Origin: Bacteroidota bacterium
Lineage (GTDB): Bacteria; Bacteroidota; Bacteroidia; SXHM01
NCBI GenBank assembly: GCA_947478465.1
Contig: CANJWH010000001.1
Location: 27,447-91,446, forward strand
Length of the DNA: 64,000 bases
Reading direction: 5' to 3'
Positions 29,755 to 39,380 of the stretch are shown here, piece by piece. Under the pieces are notes generated by a model that saw nothing but the letters and a program-made list of their open reading frames with translations, had not been told where the DNA came from and searched no databases. How positions within the stretch are numbered: the stretch's first letter is position 1; every line of letters starts with the position of its first letter. A program made the translations under genes and the position numbers.

Positions 29755-31653
29755 ATGTTCGAAAAATACGATGTAATTGTAGTAGGTGCCGGCCACGCAG
29801 GATGCGAGGCTGCTGCTGCTGCTGCCAATCTGGGCAGTAAAACATTGCTCATTACCATGAACATGGCAACCATTGCACAAATGAGTTGCAACCCTGCCAT
29901 GGGCGGCATTGCCAAAGGACAAATAGTGCGCGAAATTGATGCTCTGGGTGGCTACTCAGGAATAGTAAGTGATAAGTCGGCCATTCAGTTTAAAATGCTG
30001 AATAAATCAAAAGGGCCCGCCATGTGGAGTCCACGCACGCAGAATGATAGAATGATGTTTGCGGCAGAATGGCGCAACATGCTGGAACAAACCAAAAACC
30101 TTGATTTCTGGCAAGACATGGTAAGCGCGCTTATCATCGAAAACGGGAAACTTTGCGGAGTACGCACCTCTATGGGAATTGAATTTCGTTGCAAGGCAGT
30201 AGTGCTTACCAACGGAACTTTCCTGAATGGAGTAATACATATCGGTGAAAAGAATTTCGGTGGAGGAAGATCTGCTGAAAAAGCCTCAACCGGTATTACT
30301 GAACAATTAGTTCAACTCGGTTTTGAAAGCGGAAGAATGAAAACCGGAACTCCTCCCCGTCTCGATGGTCGCTCTCTGGATTACTCCAAAATGACCGAAC
30401 AACCCGGTGACGAAAACCCCTCTAAATTTTCATTTTCAGAAGGTACAAGCCCGTTTATTACACAAAACGGACAAGAGCCCAAGAAACAGATTTCGTGTCA
30501 TTTAACGTACACAAATGATGAGGTTCACGACCTGCTCAGAACCGGCTTTGATAAATCGCCTATGTTCTCAGGTCGCATACAAGGCATAGGACCACGCTAC
30601 TGCCCTTCCATTGAAGATAAAATAGACCGTTTTGCAGATAAAGAACGCCACCAGCTCTTTGTAGAACCCGAAGGATGGAACACTGTAGAGGTTTACATCA
30701 ACGGATTCAGCACTTCTCTGCCTGAAGATGTTCAGTATAAGGCACTTAAGAAGGTTACAGGCTTCGAAAACGTGAAAATGTTCCGCCCGGGCTATGCAAT
30801 AGAGTACGATTACTTCCCACCTCAGCAATTACACCTTACTTTAGAAACAAAGCTGGTAGAAAACCTCTACTTCGCAGGACAAATAAACGGCACAACCGGA
30901 TACGAAGAAGCGGCATGTCAAGGCATGATGGCGGGTATAAATGCGCACCGTAAAATAAATGAAGAAACAGCCTTTATTTTAAAACGATCTGAAGCATATA
31001 TCGGTGTCTTAATTGATGACCTTGTAACCAAGGGAACCGATGAACCTTATCGCATGTTTACCTCACGTGCTGAGTATCGTATCCTTCTTCGCCAGGATAA
31101 TGCTGATATGAGACTTACTCCTCTTGCCTACGAATTAGGTCTGGTAAATAAAGAACGTCTGGATAAGGTAAACGATAAATACGAGAAAGCACAACAGGTA
31201 ATTAACTATTTCAAAAAAGAAAGTGTAAGCCCTGATGTTATAAATCCTGTTTTGGAAAATGCGGGTTCAAGCCCTATCGACCAAAAAGTAAAACTATTTG
31301 GCATCATGGCTCGTCCCGGAATTAACTTCCCGGATTTATATAAAGGAATTCCTGATTTAAAAGAATACATGGATACTACCTTTGACAATAACCAGGAGAT
31401 TTCAGAGCAGGCAGAAATACTCATGAAGTATGAAGGCTATATAGAAAAAGAACAGGAAATGGCCAATAAACTAAACCGCCTTGAAGACACAATCCTTCAT
31501 GATAATTTTAACTTCGGTGTGCTTAAATCTCTGTCCATTGAAGCCCGTCAAAAGCTAACCAAAATTAAACCCAGAACACTCGGTCAGGCATCTCGTATAA
31601 GTGGGGTATCACCCTCCGACATATCTGTTCTGATGATACATCTTGGAAGATAA
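29755..31653 (+). CDS. mnmG: tRNA uridine-5-carboxymethylaminomethyl modification enzyme MnmG (GidA)
   Basis: 632 aa. N-terminal [19 protein letters not shown] fold and full-length GidA similarity. Confidence 0.95.
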   Translation: MFEKYDVIVVGAGHAGCEAAAAAANLGSKTLLITMNMATIAQMSCNPAMGGIAKGQIVREIDALGGYSGIVSDKSAIQFKMLNKSKGPAMWSPRTQNDRMMFAAEWRNMLEQTKNLDFWQDMVSALIIENGKLCGVRTSMGIEFRCKAVVLTNGTFLNGVIHIGEKNFGGGRSAEKASTGITEQLVQLGFESGRMKTGTPPRLDGRSLDYSKMTEQPGDENPSKFSFSEGTSPFITQNGQEPKKQISCHLTYTNDEVHDLLRTGFDKSPMFSGRIQGIGPRYCPSIEDKIDRFADKERHQLFVEPEGWNTVEVYINGFSTSLPEDVQYKALKKVTGFENVKMFRPGYAIEYDYFPPQQLHLTLETKLVENLYFAGQINGTTGYEEAACQGMMAGINAHRKINEETAFILKRSEAYIGVLIDDLVTKGTDEPYRMFTSRAEYRILLRQDNADMRLTPLAYELGLVNKERLDKVNDKYEKAQQVINYFKKESVSPDVINPVLENAGSSPIDQKVKLFGIMARPGINFPDLYKGIPDLKEYMDTTFDNNQEISEQAEILMKYEGYIEKEQEMANKLNRLEDTILHDNFNFGVLKSLSIEARQKLTKIKPRTLGQASRISGVSPSDISVLMIHLGR

Positions 31654-31661
31654 TTCTTATT

Positions 31662-31677
31662 TGTTTCACGTGAAACA
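31662..31677. promoter_or_regulatory. 16-bp perfect palindrome TGTTTCACGTGAAACA (copy 1, after mnmG stop)
   Basis: Exact palindrome with a CACGTG core. An identical copy lies 224 bp downstream at 31886-31901. Confidence 0.45.
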
Positions 31678-31811
31678 TACATTAAGTTCTATTCAATATG
31701 ATACTTCAAAGGGGCAGTTTAGTTTGTCCATACCTGTCACTTCGAACGTACCATGGAGCATAATTAAGAAAAATCAATCACCTTGTTCCTCGTAAAACAT
31801 TAACACACTAT

Positions 31812-32720
31812 ATGGAAAATTTAACTCAATGCCCAGTCTGTAAAGAGGCAAATTTTACACCTTTTTTAGACTGTATTGACTACACTGTTTCACGTGAAAC
31901 ATTCACAATTGTGCAGTGTATTTCATGCGATTTTAAGTTCACCAACCCAAGACCCGAACCCAAATATTTGGGTAAATATTATGAGAGCGATGACTACGTT
32001 TCTCACTCCAAAAGCAATAAAGGATTCATCAATTCACTATACCATATTGCAAAACATTACAGCCTTCTAAAGAAGATACAACTTATAAACACGCTCATTA
32101 AAAAAGGCAATATTTTAGATTACGGATGTGGTACAGGCGATTTTTTAAACACCTGTAAAGTATCGGGATGGGAGGTGTCAGGAATTGAACCTAACGATCT
32201 TGCCAGAAAAAAAGCAAAAGAATTATTAAAATCAGAAATTCATTCCGGTTTATCTGAGAATGGTTTTGAAAAAAATAGTTTCGATATCATAACCCTTTGG
32301 CATGTTTTGGAGCACATATCAGAGTTAGACAAAACCGTTGATACGCTATTAAGCTTTCTAAAACCAGAAGGAATTCTTCTGATTGCCGTTCCTAATTGTA
32401 ACAGTTACGATGCTGATATTTACGGAAAATACTGGGCAGCTTATGACGTTCCAAGGCATTTATATCATTTTGTACCAAAAACCACCGAAAAATACTTCAA
32501 AAACAAGGGTTTAACCCTTGAAAGAACACTTCCAATGCCACTTGACTCATTCTATGTCAGCATGTTAAGCGAAAAATACATGGCTCAGGAAACAGGAAAA
32601 GCTGCAGGTTTAGGTATGATCCGAGCTGCATGGAGAGGCTTTATTTCTAACATCAAAGCAATTTCAAAGCAAGGAACATCATCAAGTCAGGTCTATATCT
32701 TCAAAAAAGGTGTTTTTTAA
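31812..32720 (+). CDS. Class I SAM-dependent methyltransferase with N-terminal Cys4 zinc ribbon
   Basis: CPVC…CISC ribbon then motif I LDYGCGTGDF. Confidence 0.7.
   Translation: MENLTQCPVCKEANFTPFLDCIDYTVSRETFTIVQCISCDFKFTNPRPEPKYLGKYYESDDYVSHSKSNKGFINSLYHIAKHYSLLKKIQLINTLIKKGNILDYGCGTGDFLNTCKVSGWEVSGIEPNDLARKKAKELLKSEIHSGLSENGFEKNSFDIITLWHVLEHISELDKTVDTLLSFLKPEGILLIAVPNCNSYDADIYGKYWAAYDVPRHLYHFVPKTTEKYFKNKGLTLERTLPMPLDSFYVSMLSEKYMAQETGKAAGLGMIRAAWRGFISNIKAISKQGTSSSQVYIFKKGVF
31886..31901. promoter_or_regulatory. 16-bp perfect palindrome TGTTTCACGTGAAACA (copy 2, inside the 5' end of the methyltransferase ORF)
   Basis: Identical to 31662-31677. It encodes VSRET within the coding region. Confidence 0.45.
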
Positions 32721-32971
32721 GCATTTTTAGCCCATTTCACTCTTCTGAGGTATTCAGACCCTCTTTTTTAGTAAAAATTCATGTACGGCTCTTAAAAAGA
32801 GCGCTCTCTGAAACCCTTATTCTATAAGGATTTCAGAGCCTCGTATTAGACGTTTTACGTTAAAATATGTTAAGATTTGACCAAAACGGGCAAATTTCAA
32901 AACCACAGGTTGAAAAAGGTCTAACTTCGTCACCCGAAAATTTTAAGCTTTACAAAATCAAAAATCTCCAA

Positions 32972-35101
32972 ATGTTAAAAAACTTTATTCTTAAATCTGT
33001 TTTAATATCTCTACTTTTCATTCGTTCCGTTTTCAGTTTTGCTGATGAAGGAATGTGGCTTCCTATTTACGCGGATGTCATCAGCGGAAATATGCAAAAG
33101 TTGGGGTGCAAACTAAAACCGGAAGATATTTATAACATCAATCACTCAAGCCTGAAAGATGCAATTGTTCAGGTAGGGGATTTTTGTTCTGGTGAAATTG
33201 TTTCAGACAAGGGTTTATTATTCACAAACCACCACTGTGGTTTTGATGCTATTGCAGGATTAAGCACACCTGAAAAAAATCATCTGGTTGATGGGTTTTG
33301 GGCAACAACACTGAACGATGAATTACCTGCTCCCGGATTAACAGTTTCTATTCTTGTTCACATGCAGGATGTAACCAAACGTGTGAATGAGGCCGAAGAT
33401 CAGGAACTTGAAAAAGCAGTGATTGCCGGAGAAGCAGAAGAAAACGGAAAATTCACCGCAGGTGTATTTTCTATGTTTGAAGGTGCAGAGCATTACCTGA
33501 TGGTTTACCGCGTTTTTCGTGATATTCGTTTGGTTGGAACACCTCCTGAAGTAGTAGGAAAATTTGGAGGTGATACCGACAACTGGATGTGGCCGCGCCA
33601 CACCTGCGATTTTTCTGTGTTCAGAATTTATGCCGGAAAAGACAATGAGCCTGCAGATTATTCAACCGGAAATGTTCCTTACAAACCTGCTCATTTTTTA
33701 CCTGTTTCCCTGAAAGGAATGAAAGAAGGGGATTTCACTATGACCTTTGGTTATCCCGGGCAAACAGAACGCTACCTTTCTTCACATGCTATTGAACAAA
33801 ACATCAAAAGCAATTATCCATCGTATGTAAAAATACTCGAGGCAAGACTTGCTGTAATGAAAGCAGAAATGGATGCGGACCCGAAAACAAACCTTGCTAT
33901 GGCTGCCGATTATGCGTCATTAGCAAACTCATGGAAATACTTTAAAGGTGTGGTTGAGGGCGCAGCTTCCACCGGCTTCATCAAAACCAAACAGGAACAA
34001 GAAAAAGCTTTTTCTTCTTGGGTTGAACAGGACGAAAACCGTAAAAAGGAATACGGCAATATTTTAACAGAATTTGGCGCTCTTTATGCAAACTCTACCG
34101 AAATTAAAAAACTTGAAAACTATATTAATGTAGCAGCATTTGCTCCATCATTTACGAGCTACGGATTTCAGTTTTACAGCCTCAGAGAACTGCTCTCTAA
34201 AAAAGAAGACATAGCTCCTGTTCTTGAGCAAATAAAAGCAGCAACTACAGAACAATTCAAAGAATATCTGCCTGCCACCGACAAAAAAATGCTCGCACTG
34301 GCATTGAAGATGATGCACGATGATTTGCCTTCAACTCAGCAGTTGAGCATATTCAATTCCAAAATATTCCTTAAACTGAAGGATAAGCCAGGCAAAAACG
34401 TTTACGACCAATATGCAGATATTCTATCTGCAAAATCAATTTTCTTCAACCAGAAAAAAGCTAACTCGTTTTTAAGTAAACCATCAATTAAAAAACTAGA
34501 TGCTGATGAAGGAATGAAATATATACTGAGTGTTGTGGAACTTTATCAGATGAGCAATATGGAGCTTTACCTTTTTGAGATGCAAAACGAGTCGTTACAA
34601 AAAAATTACATCAAAGCACAGCGCGAAATGAATCCTGATAAATTCTTTTATCCAGACGCCAATTCATCAATGCGCTTGAGCTATGGACAAGTTAAACCAT
34701 ATACAACCCGTGAAAAAGAATTCAAGACATTTTACACTCACCACTACCAAATTTTGGAAAAAGAAAAGCCAGGAGATCCCGAATTTGATGTGCCAAAAAA
34801 ATTGCACGATTTACTGGTAGCAAAAGACTTCGGACAATACTCGAAAAACGATACATTAAACATCTGCCTAATTAGTGGAAACGACATAACGGGGGGGAAT
34901 AGCGGAAGCCCATTAATTGATGGGGAAGGCAATCTGGTTGGAATTGCGTTTGACGGTAATTGGGAGTCGATGATTTCTGATTTGTATTACGATCCCGCTT
35001 ATGCGCGAACCATTAGCGTTGATATACGCTATGTGCTTTTTATGATTGATAAATTCGGAGGATGTAAGCGACTAATTGACGAATTGGTTCTAAAGAACTA
35101 A
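32972..35101 (+). CDS. S46-family dipeptidyl-peptidase (DPP7/DPP11-like)
   Basis: Signal peptide then DEGMWLP. Catalytic His (TNHHCG) and Ser (GNSGSPLIDGEGNLVGIAFDGNWE) motifs. Start trimmed to the internal ATG. Confidence 0.85.
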   Translation: MLKNFILKSVLISLLFIRSVFSFADEGMWLPIYADVISGNMQKLGCKLKPEDIYNINHSSLKDAIVQVGDFCSGEIVSDKGLLFTNHHCGFDAIAGLSTPEKNHLVDGFWATTLNDELPAPGLTVSILVHMQDVTKRVNEAEDQELEKAVIAGEAEENGKFTAGVFSMFEGAEHYLMVYRVFRDIRLVGTPPEVVGKFGGDTDNWMWPRHTCDFSVFRIYAGKDNEPADYSTGNVPYKPAHFLPVSLKGMKEGDFTMTFGYPGQTERYLSSHAIEQNIKSNYPSYVKILEARLAVMKAEMDADPKTNLAMAADYASLANSWKYFKGVVEGAASTGFIKTKQEQEKAFSSWVEQDENRKKEYGNILTEFGALYANSTEIKKLENYINVAAFAPSFTSYGFQFYSLRELLSKKEDIAPVLEQIKAATTEQFKEYLPATDKKMLALALKMMHDDLPSTQQLSIFNSKIFLKLKDKPGKNVYDQYADILSAKSIFFNQKKANSFLSKPSIKKLDADEGMKYILSVVELYQMSNMELYLFEMQNESLQKNYIKAQREMNPDKFFYPDANSSMRLSYGQVKPYTTREKEFKTFYTHHYQILEKEKPGDPEFDVPKKLHDLLVAKDFGQYSKNDTLNICLISGNDITGGNSGSPLIDGEGNLVGIAFDGNWESMISDLYYDPAYARTISVDIRYVLFMIDKFGGCKRLIDELVLKN

Positions 35102-35106
35102 TGCTT

Positions 35107-35553
35107 TTATTGAGTAACAGTAACCATAGAAGTGGTTATTGTATTACTTTGATTGCCGGCACGGTCTTTTACATAGATGCTGTAGGAAAAAGTCTGTGAA
35201 CTTGAGCCGTCAATAATTGCAGTGTTGGCAAGAGTAACATTCAGATTTCCTTCAATAATAATGCTCGAATTATCAGGTGCTAACTGCGGGATGCGAAATT
35301 TATAAATCACATTGTTTCGACTATCTGCAAGAAAGAAGTTTTCGGCATCGGGATTGTTTTCTCCTAAATCGCCATCGCCATCACGATATTTAATTGTAAA
35401 CACCAAAGAGTCTGTGTATTCGTGAACGTTTTGAGGCGTTACACTTATGAATTCAATTGTAGGGGTTGGTCCTATTTCTTCTGCTTTTTTGCACGAGACA
35501 ATTGCCAGAGAAACAAAAAGCAAGGCGTATATATTTTTCATTTTAATCATCAA
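35107..35553 (-). CDS. Hypothetical lipoprotein
   Basis: Lipobox LAIVSC. Start could be the third Met (MKNIYALLF…). Confidence 0.45.
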   Translation of the reverse strand: MMIKMKNIYALLFVSLAIVSCKKAEEIGPTPTIEFISVTPQNVHEYTDSLVFTIKYRDGDGDLGENNPDAENFFLADSRNNVIYKFRIPQLAPDNSSIIIEGNLNVTLANTAIIDGSSSQTFSYSIYVKDRAGNQSNTITTSMVTVTQ

Positions 35554-35560
35554 AAAGCCT

Positions 35561-36517
35561 TTATGGAATTACATAAAAAGAATAAAATGTTTTGTATTGA
35601 ATAATATTCTCATCTCTAGGAAACTGTGTGTTTTGCTGATGATCTCCATCGTTGGTAAAAAAGCGAAAATAGACTGTTGTGTCGGTTAAAAAATCACCAG
35701 AATTAACAGTGGCTAGATAATAATCTTTATTGTCGTTATGCAGATAAATGCTGGAATATTCATGATAACCCGGTGCAGATGGAGAAAAATTATCGGGCTC
35801 ATAACTCATTATAAATTTATTATACTGCAGCATATTTGCAGCAGTGCTGTCATCCGAAACCTCAATAGCAAGATTAAAAGAGGTGTTGTTTCCGATTATA
35901 AAAGGGTTGTAATAAATGCCATCAATTCTGGTGTTTGAATAAACAGTATCATAAGGAAAGGTGACATCAAACGCAATATAAAAACCAATATTGGGTTCCT
36001 GGTTAGGGTAGGAGGGCAGCGCTCCAAAAATATCTCTTGCCCCGTTATCAATCCATGCAGCAATATTGCTGATGTGATTGCTTTCAAGCTGCACACCAAT
36101 ATTGTCCTGTGGCATGCGATCGTCCTGATTTACAAAACAGCAATTGGTAAGTCTTTCATACAAAACTGATTGTTCTTTGTTAAAAGGAACTACGCGAAAC
36201 TGAAATGTGCTATCGGCATTATTTTTAATTATCGGATGATAAACAAGTGTAGAATAGGAGCTTTGCAGTGTGCGGAAGTCTGGTTCAAAGTGCCCGTCAT
36301 GGCAACCGGGAACTGCACAACGGGGCGAAAAAATATTTCGATGAAGTGCTACAAATGAAGCAGGGTCAACTGTATCTACCGGTGCCGGAGTGGTTGGATA
36401 ATCAATATCATCATAGGGATTGTGAGGCTCCGGGGTGTCTTTATAACAACCAATTAAAGCAACAGCAATCATAAATAGCAAGCAAACAAATGGTAAATTA
36501 TTTTTAATCAATTTCAT
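35561..36517 (-). CDS. Hypothetical lipoprotein with a Cys/His-rich segment (RCAVPGCHDGH)
   Basis: 318 aa. Lipobox ALIGC. The C-x4-CH segment is reminiscent of, but not identical to, haem-binding motifs. Confidence 0.5.
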   Translation of the reverse strand: MKLIKNNLPFVCLLFMIAVALIGCYKDTPEPHNPYDDIDYPTTPAPVDTVDPASFVALHRNIFSPRCAVPGCHDGHFEPDFRTLQSSYSTLVYHPIIKNNADSTFQFRVVPFNKEQSVLYERLTNCCFVNQDDRMPQDNIGVQLESNHISNIAAWIDNGARDIFGALPSYPNQEPNIGFYIAFDVTFPYDTVYSNTRIDGIYYNPFIIGNNTSFNLAIEVSDDSTAANMLQYNKFIMSYEPDNFSPSAPGYHEYSSIYLHNDNKDYYLATVNSGDFLTDTTVYFRFFTNDGDHQQNTQFPRDENIIQYKTFYSFYVIP

Positions 36518-36538
36518 GCCGATTTATTTATTCTTGGT

Positions 36539-37843
36539 TTAAATAAATGCCTGATCAAGTGATGTTCCGGAAAGCATTCCTCCTGGAATATCGTTTTGGA
36601 ATCCCAGCACTTTTGCAATCGTTGGTACCACATCAATGCTCTCGCCTGTTACCGTTGATATAACCTGATTTTGCACCACTTTATCAGGCGGACCAACAAT
36701 AAGACAGAAAATCTGTCTTGAAACCTCATCGCTGTTATGGTCAAGTGCGTATTTACCGTAAGCATCAAGAATGGTGTTGGGCTGTTCATTTCTTCCGTGC
36801 TCGGGAACTGCAATCAGAATGGTGTCGTTTGCCATTCCGGGGGTGGATTGAATTGTTTGCCACAGATGAGCTAATGCATAGTCTGATTTGCGGATGTTGT
36901 TGCAATAGCCCGTGAAGTTTGTGTGGCATACATCAATGTCCTGCATGTTTACCACTGTGAGTTCGGGTTTAAATTGTTTAATAATCTGTTCGGCAAAAAA
37001 CACATTATACATATCGCCATTCATGCTGTTGCCAACTCCCCACGGATTATCATATTGCCCTGCCACAGCTTCATCAAACGAATTGTTGATATAGTTTTCA
37101 ATAAGTATTGCCTCTTCTTCAATATTGGTAATTCCTGCATCGCCCGGAGTATAGTTGATTGAAAAATTATTGTCCATAAACTGGCGAAGGCTTTTTACTT
37201 TATCCAACTGAACTGCTTCAAAGTTTTTGGGATCACCTAATGAATTATATCCTGGAATAGAAATTATAGAACCTGGCTGAATAAAATTGGCTCCAAATTC
37301 AGCACCATAACCTGGATACTGACTGAAATTTAATGCCGGATAAGGACCAAGAGTATTCGCAACCCACCATGCATTTAGCGCACTCATGGATGGGGAATTA
37401 TGTTTACGATAGTATTCAAAAACCGTAGGGTATGTCGGGCGTTGTTTTATATTCAAATCACCCAGCACATATTGTCCGGTAAGAGCTGTAGAATGGCCGC
37501 TGAAGTGGCCTGTTGGACCTTGTGCAAACCGAAACTCTTTGTATAATGTGCCTTGTTGCTGAAGCCTTTGTCCGCTTGGTGTTGGCAGCGCATCCATGCC
37601 ACCAATAATTTGGGGGTTAATGCTTTCGTTTCCGGTAAGCGTAAAAGGCATAAGATTTCCTTCTGCCTTTTGCATTGATTCGAAGTTGCGCACACCACCG
37701 GCAAACAAACAAAGCACAACGTGATTGGCAATACGGCTTCCTGTGGCAGCAAACAATCTTCCTGATGGAAGAATATAGGGGGCTGCAAAGGCTCCTGCTG
37801 TTGCCAGTGCTGCTTTTTTAATAAATCCTCTGCGTTGCATCAT
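36539..37843 (-). CDS. TAT-secreted protein, possibly DUF1501 / sulfatase-like metallohydrolase
   Basis: 434 aa. Twin-arginine signal MMQRRGFIKKAALATAGAFAAP. Size and signal fit DUF1501; no sulfatase CxPxR motif seen. Confidence 0.5.
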   Translation of the reverse strand: MMQRRGFIKKAALATAGAFAAPYILPSGRLFAATGSRIANHVVLCLFAGGVRNFESMQKAEGNLMPFTLTGNESINPQIIGGMDALPTPSGQRLQQQGTLYKEFRFAQGPTGHFSGHSTALTGQYVLGDLNIKQRPTYPTVFEYYRKHNSPSMSALNAWWVANTLGPYPALNFSQYPGYGAEFGANFIQPGSIISIPGYNSLGDPKNFEAVQLDKVKSLRQFMDNNFSINYTPGDAGITNIEEEAILIENYINNSFDEAVAGQYDNPWGVGNSMNGDMYNVFFAEQIIKQFKPELTVVNMQDIDVCHTNFTGYCNNIRKSDYALAHLWQTIQSTPGMANDTILIAVPEHGRNEQPNTILDAYGKYALDHNSDEVSRQIFCLIVGPPDKVVQNQVISTVTGESIDVVPTIAKVLGFQNDIPGGMLSGTSLDQAFI

Positions 37844-37844
37844 G

Positions 37845-38336
37845 CTAATAATATCTGTATTCGTTTGAAGTCATCATTGCAAAATAAATCAACTCCGGAG
37901 TTGTGCTGTTGTCTCCGGCAATTTCGTTTTCAATATGCCACAACTCAAATTCGTTTGGCAAACGATTGAAAAATTTCACGTAACTGTTTTTGATGAACTG
38001 CTGCACATCGGCATTCATTTCTGTTTGTGATGGAATATCAACACCGCCATCGTTAAGGAAGTTTTTAATAATCATTTGCTCAATCAAGCGTTGGTCGCCA
38101 AAAGCCGCGTACGCTGTTTGTAATTCTACCAATTGTGTTTGCGAAATATTTGCTCCAAATAAATCGCTGTAGGCAATAGAAATAAATGTGAATGTTGATT
38201 TTACGTTGGGCTTATTTGCATCAGGTTTTTGAATATCAACATCTGTAACACCGTATATAAAATCGGTGTCTTTTTTACATGATGATAATACCGAAACCAG
38301 CAGCAGTATCCAACAGTATTTATAGTTAATTCTCAT
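37845..38336 (-). CDS. Hypothetical lipoprotein (163 aa)
   Basis: Lipobox VLSSC; no domain recognised. Confidence 0.45.
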   Translation of the reverse strand: MRINYKYCWILLLVSVLSSCKKDTDFIYGVTDVDIQKPDANKPNVKSTFTFISIAYSDLFGANISQTQLVELQTAYAAFGDQRLIEQMIIKNFLNDGGVDIPSQTEMNADVQQFIKNSYVKFFNRLPNEFELWHIENEIAGDNSTTPELIYFAMMTSNEYRYY

Positions 38337-38344
38337 TGTGGTTT

Positions 38345-39220
38345 TTAGTTAATTCCAACGTATTCATCAGTAGTAAGCACCTTTTTCAGCAGGCCTTTAT
38401 AATCACCAGAGTTTTTGTAGTAAGTGCTGTAAAGAGCCGATTCTTCGGAAGTGGGTTGACGGAAAAGATAGGCGTTGTAAACAATTTTTACCTGACCTCC
38501 ATAGTAGTCATCAGAAGCAAAAAAAATGTCCATAAAATCCTGTTTGCTTGTGCCTATTTGAAAGAATAATACTCCGCTTAACCCATCCACAATGTTTTTG
38601 GCTTCTGCAAGTTCAGCATCAGTAGGGTAGCGGGAAAGGAAGTGTTCAAATGTTGATACTACAAAGTTTTCGGTGCCCATATTTAATTCGTCATAAAATG
38701 AATTATTAATCATTGTGCGGTGCATCTGAGCTACTGTAATGTTACCGGCAACAAGGTTGGGGTATACATCTCTCAGCGCTTCAAGTCTTGAAATTTCGTA
38801 ATTAAGCTGATCAACGTATTGAGCATATTCGGGCTGAGTAAGAAGGTTTTGATAAATGCCGATAAAAAAGGTTGTTTGGGCTGTGTCAAAATTTACAAGC
38901 AGATAAGTGTAGTAGTTTTTGTAAAGGTTTTCATAGTACTCGGGCTTGTCAAGAATAGACTGAATAAATGTTTCGCGGCTGGCTTGTGACAATGCACCGG
39001 ATTCAAGCAATGTGGCGCCTTCGGCCTTTTCTGTGTCACTTGGCTTGCGGCCCAAAACGCTTATGTAGGCCTTGTTTACATAGGTTTCAATGACTATGCT
39101 TGACAGAGTGCTGTCGGGTGGTGGAACATTGTTAGGAATTAACACTTCCTCGTGTTTGGTGCATGAAGAAAGTATTGCCAATATTAAAACAAACGGCAAC
39201 CAAAGCGTTTTATTGAGCAT
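38345..39220 (-). CDS. Hypothetical lipoprotein (291 aa)
   Basis: Lipobox ILSSC; no domain recognised. Confidence 0.45.
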   Translation of the reverse strand: MLNKTLWLPFVLILAILSSCTKHEEVLIPNNVPPPDSTLSSIVIETYVNKAYISVLGRKPSDTEKAEGATLLESGALSQASRETFIQSILDKPEYYENLYKNYYTYLLVNFDTAQTTFFIGIYQNLLTQPEYAQYVDQLNYEISRLEALRDVYPNLVAGNITVAQMHRTMINNSFYDELNMGTENFVVSTFEHFLSRYPTDAELAEAKNIVDGLSGVLFFQIGTSKQDFMDIFFASDDYYGGQVKIVYNAYLFRQPTSEESALYSTYYKNSGDYKGLLKKVLTTDEYVGIN

Positions 39221-39314
39221 GTTTAAATTTATTTTACCGTGTAAAAATAAAATAATTTTCTATAAAGAAAACCTTTGGTTTGCTGATTTAAAGAAGGTTT
39301 AATAAAGGAAGTTT

Positions 39315-39375
39315 ACCACTAAGGGCACAAGAACACAAAGAAAATACTTAGCGAAAACCTTGTGCCCTTAGTGGT
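39315..39375. terminator. 17-bp inverted copies of repeat A forming a hairpin downstream of the dipeptidase gene
   Basis: accactaagggcacaag … cttgtgcccttagtggt with a 27-nt loop, followed by aaaaa. Confidence 0.5.
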
Positions 39376-39380
39376 AAAAA

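Noticed and set aside
37845-39220. 163-aa and 291-aa ORFs as two halves of a frameshifted DUF1800-size gene
   Set aside because: Each ORF has its own N-terminal lipoprotein signal peptide and lipobox, so they are separate genes.
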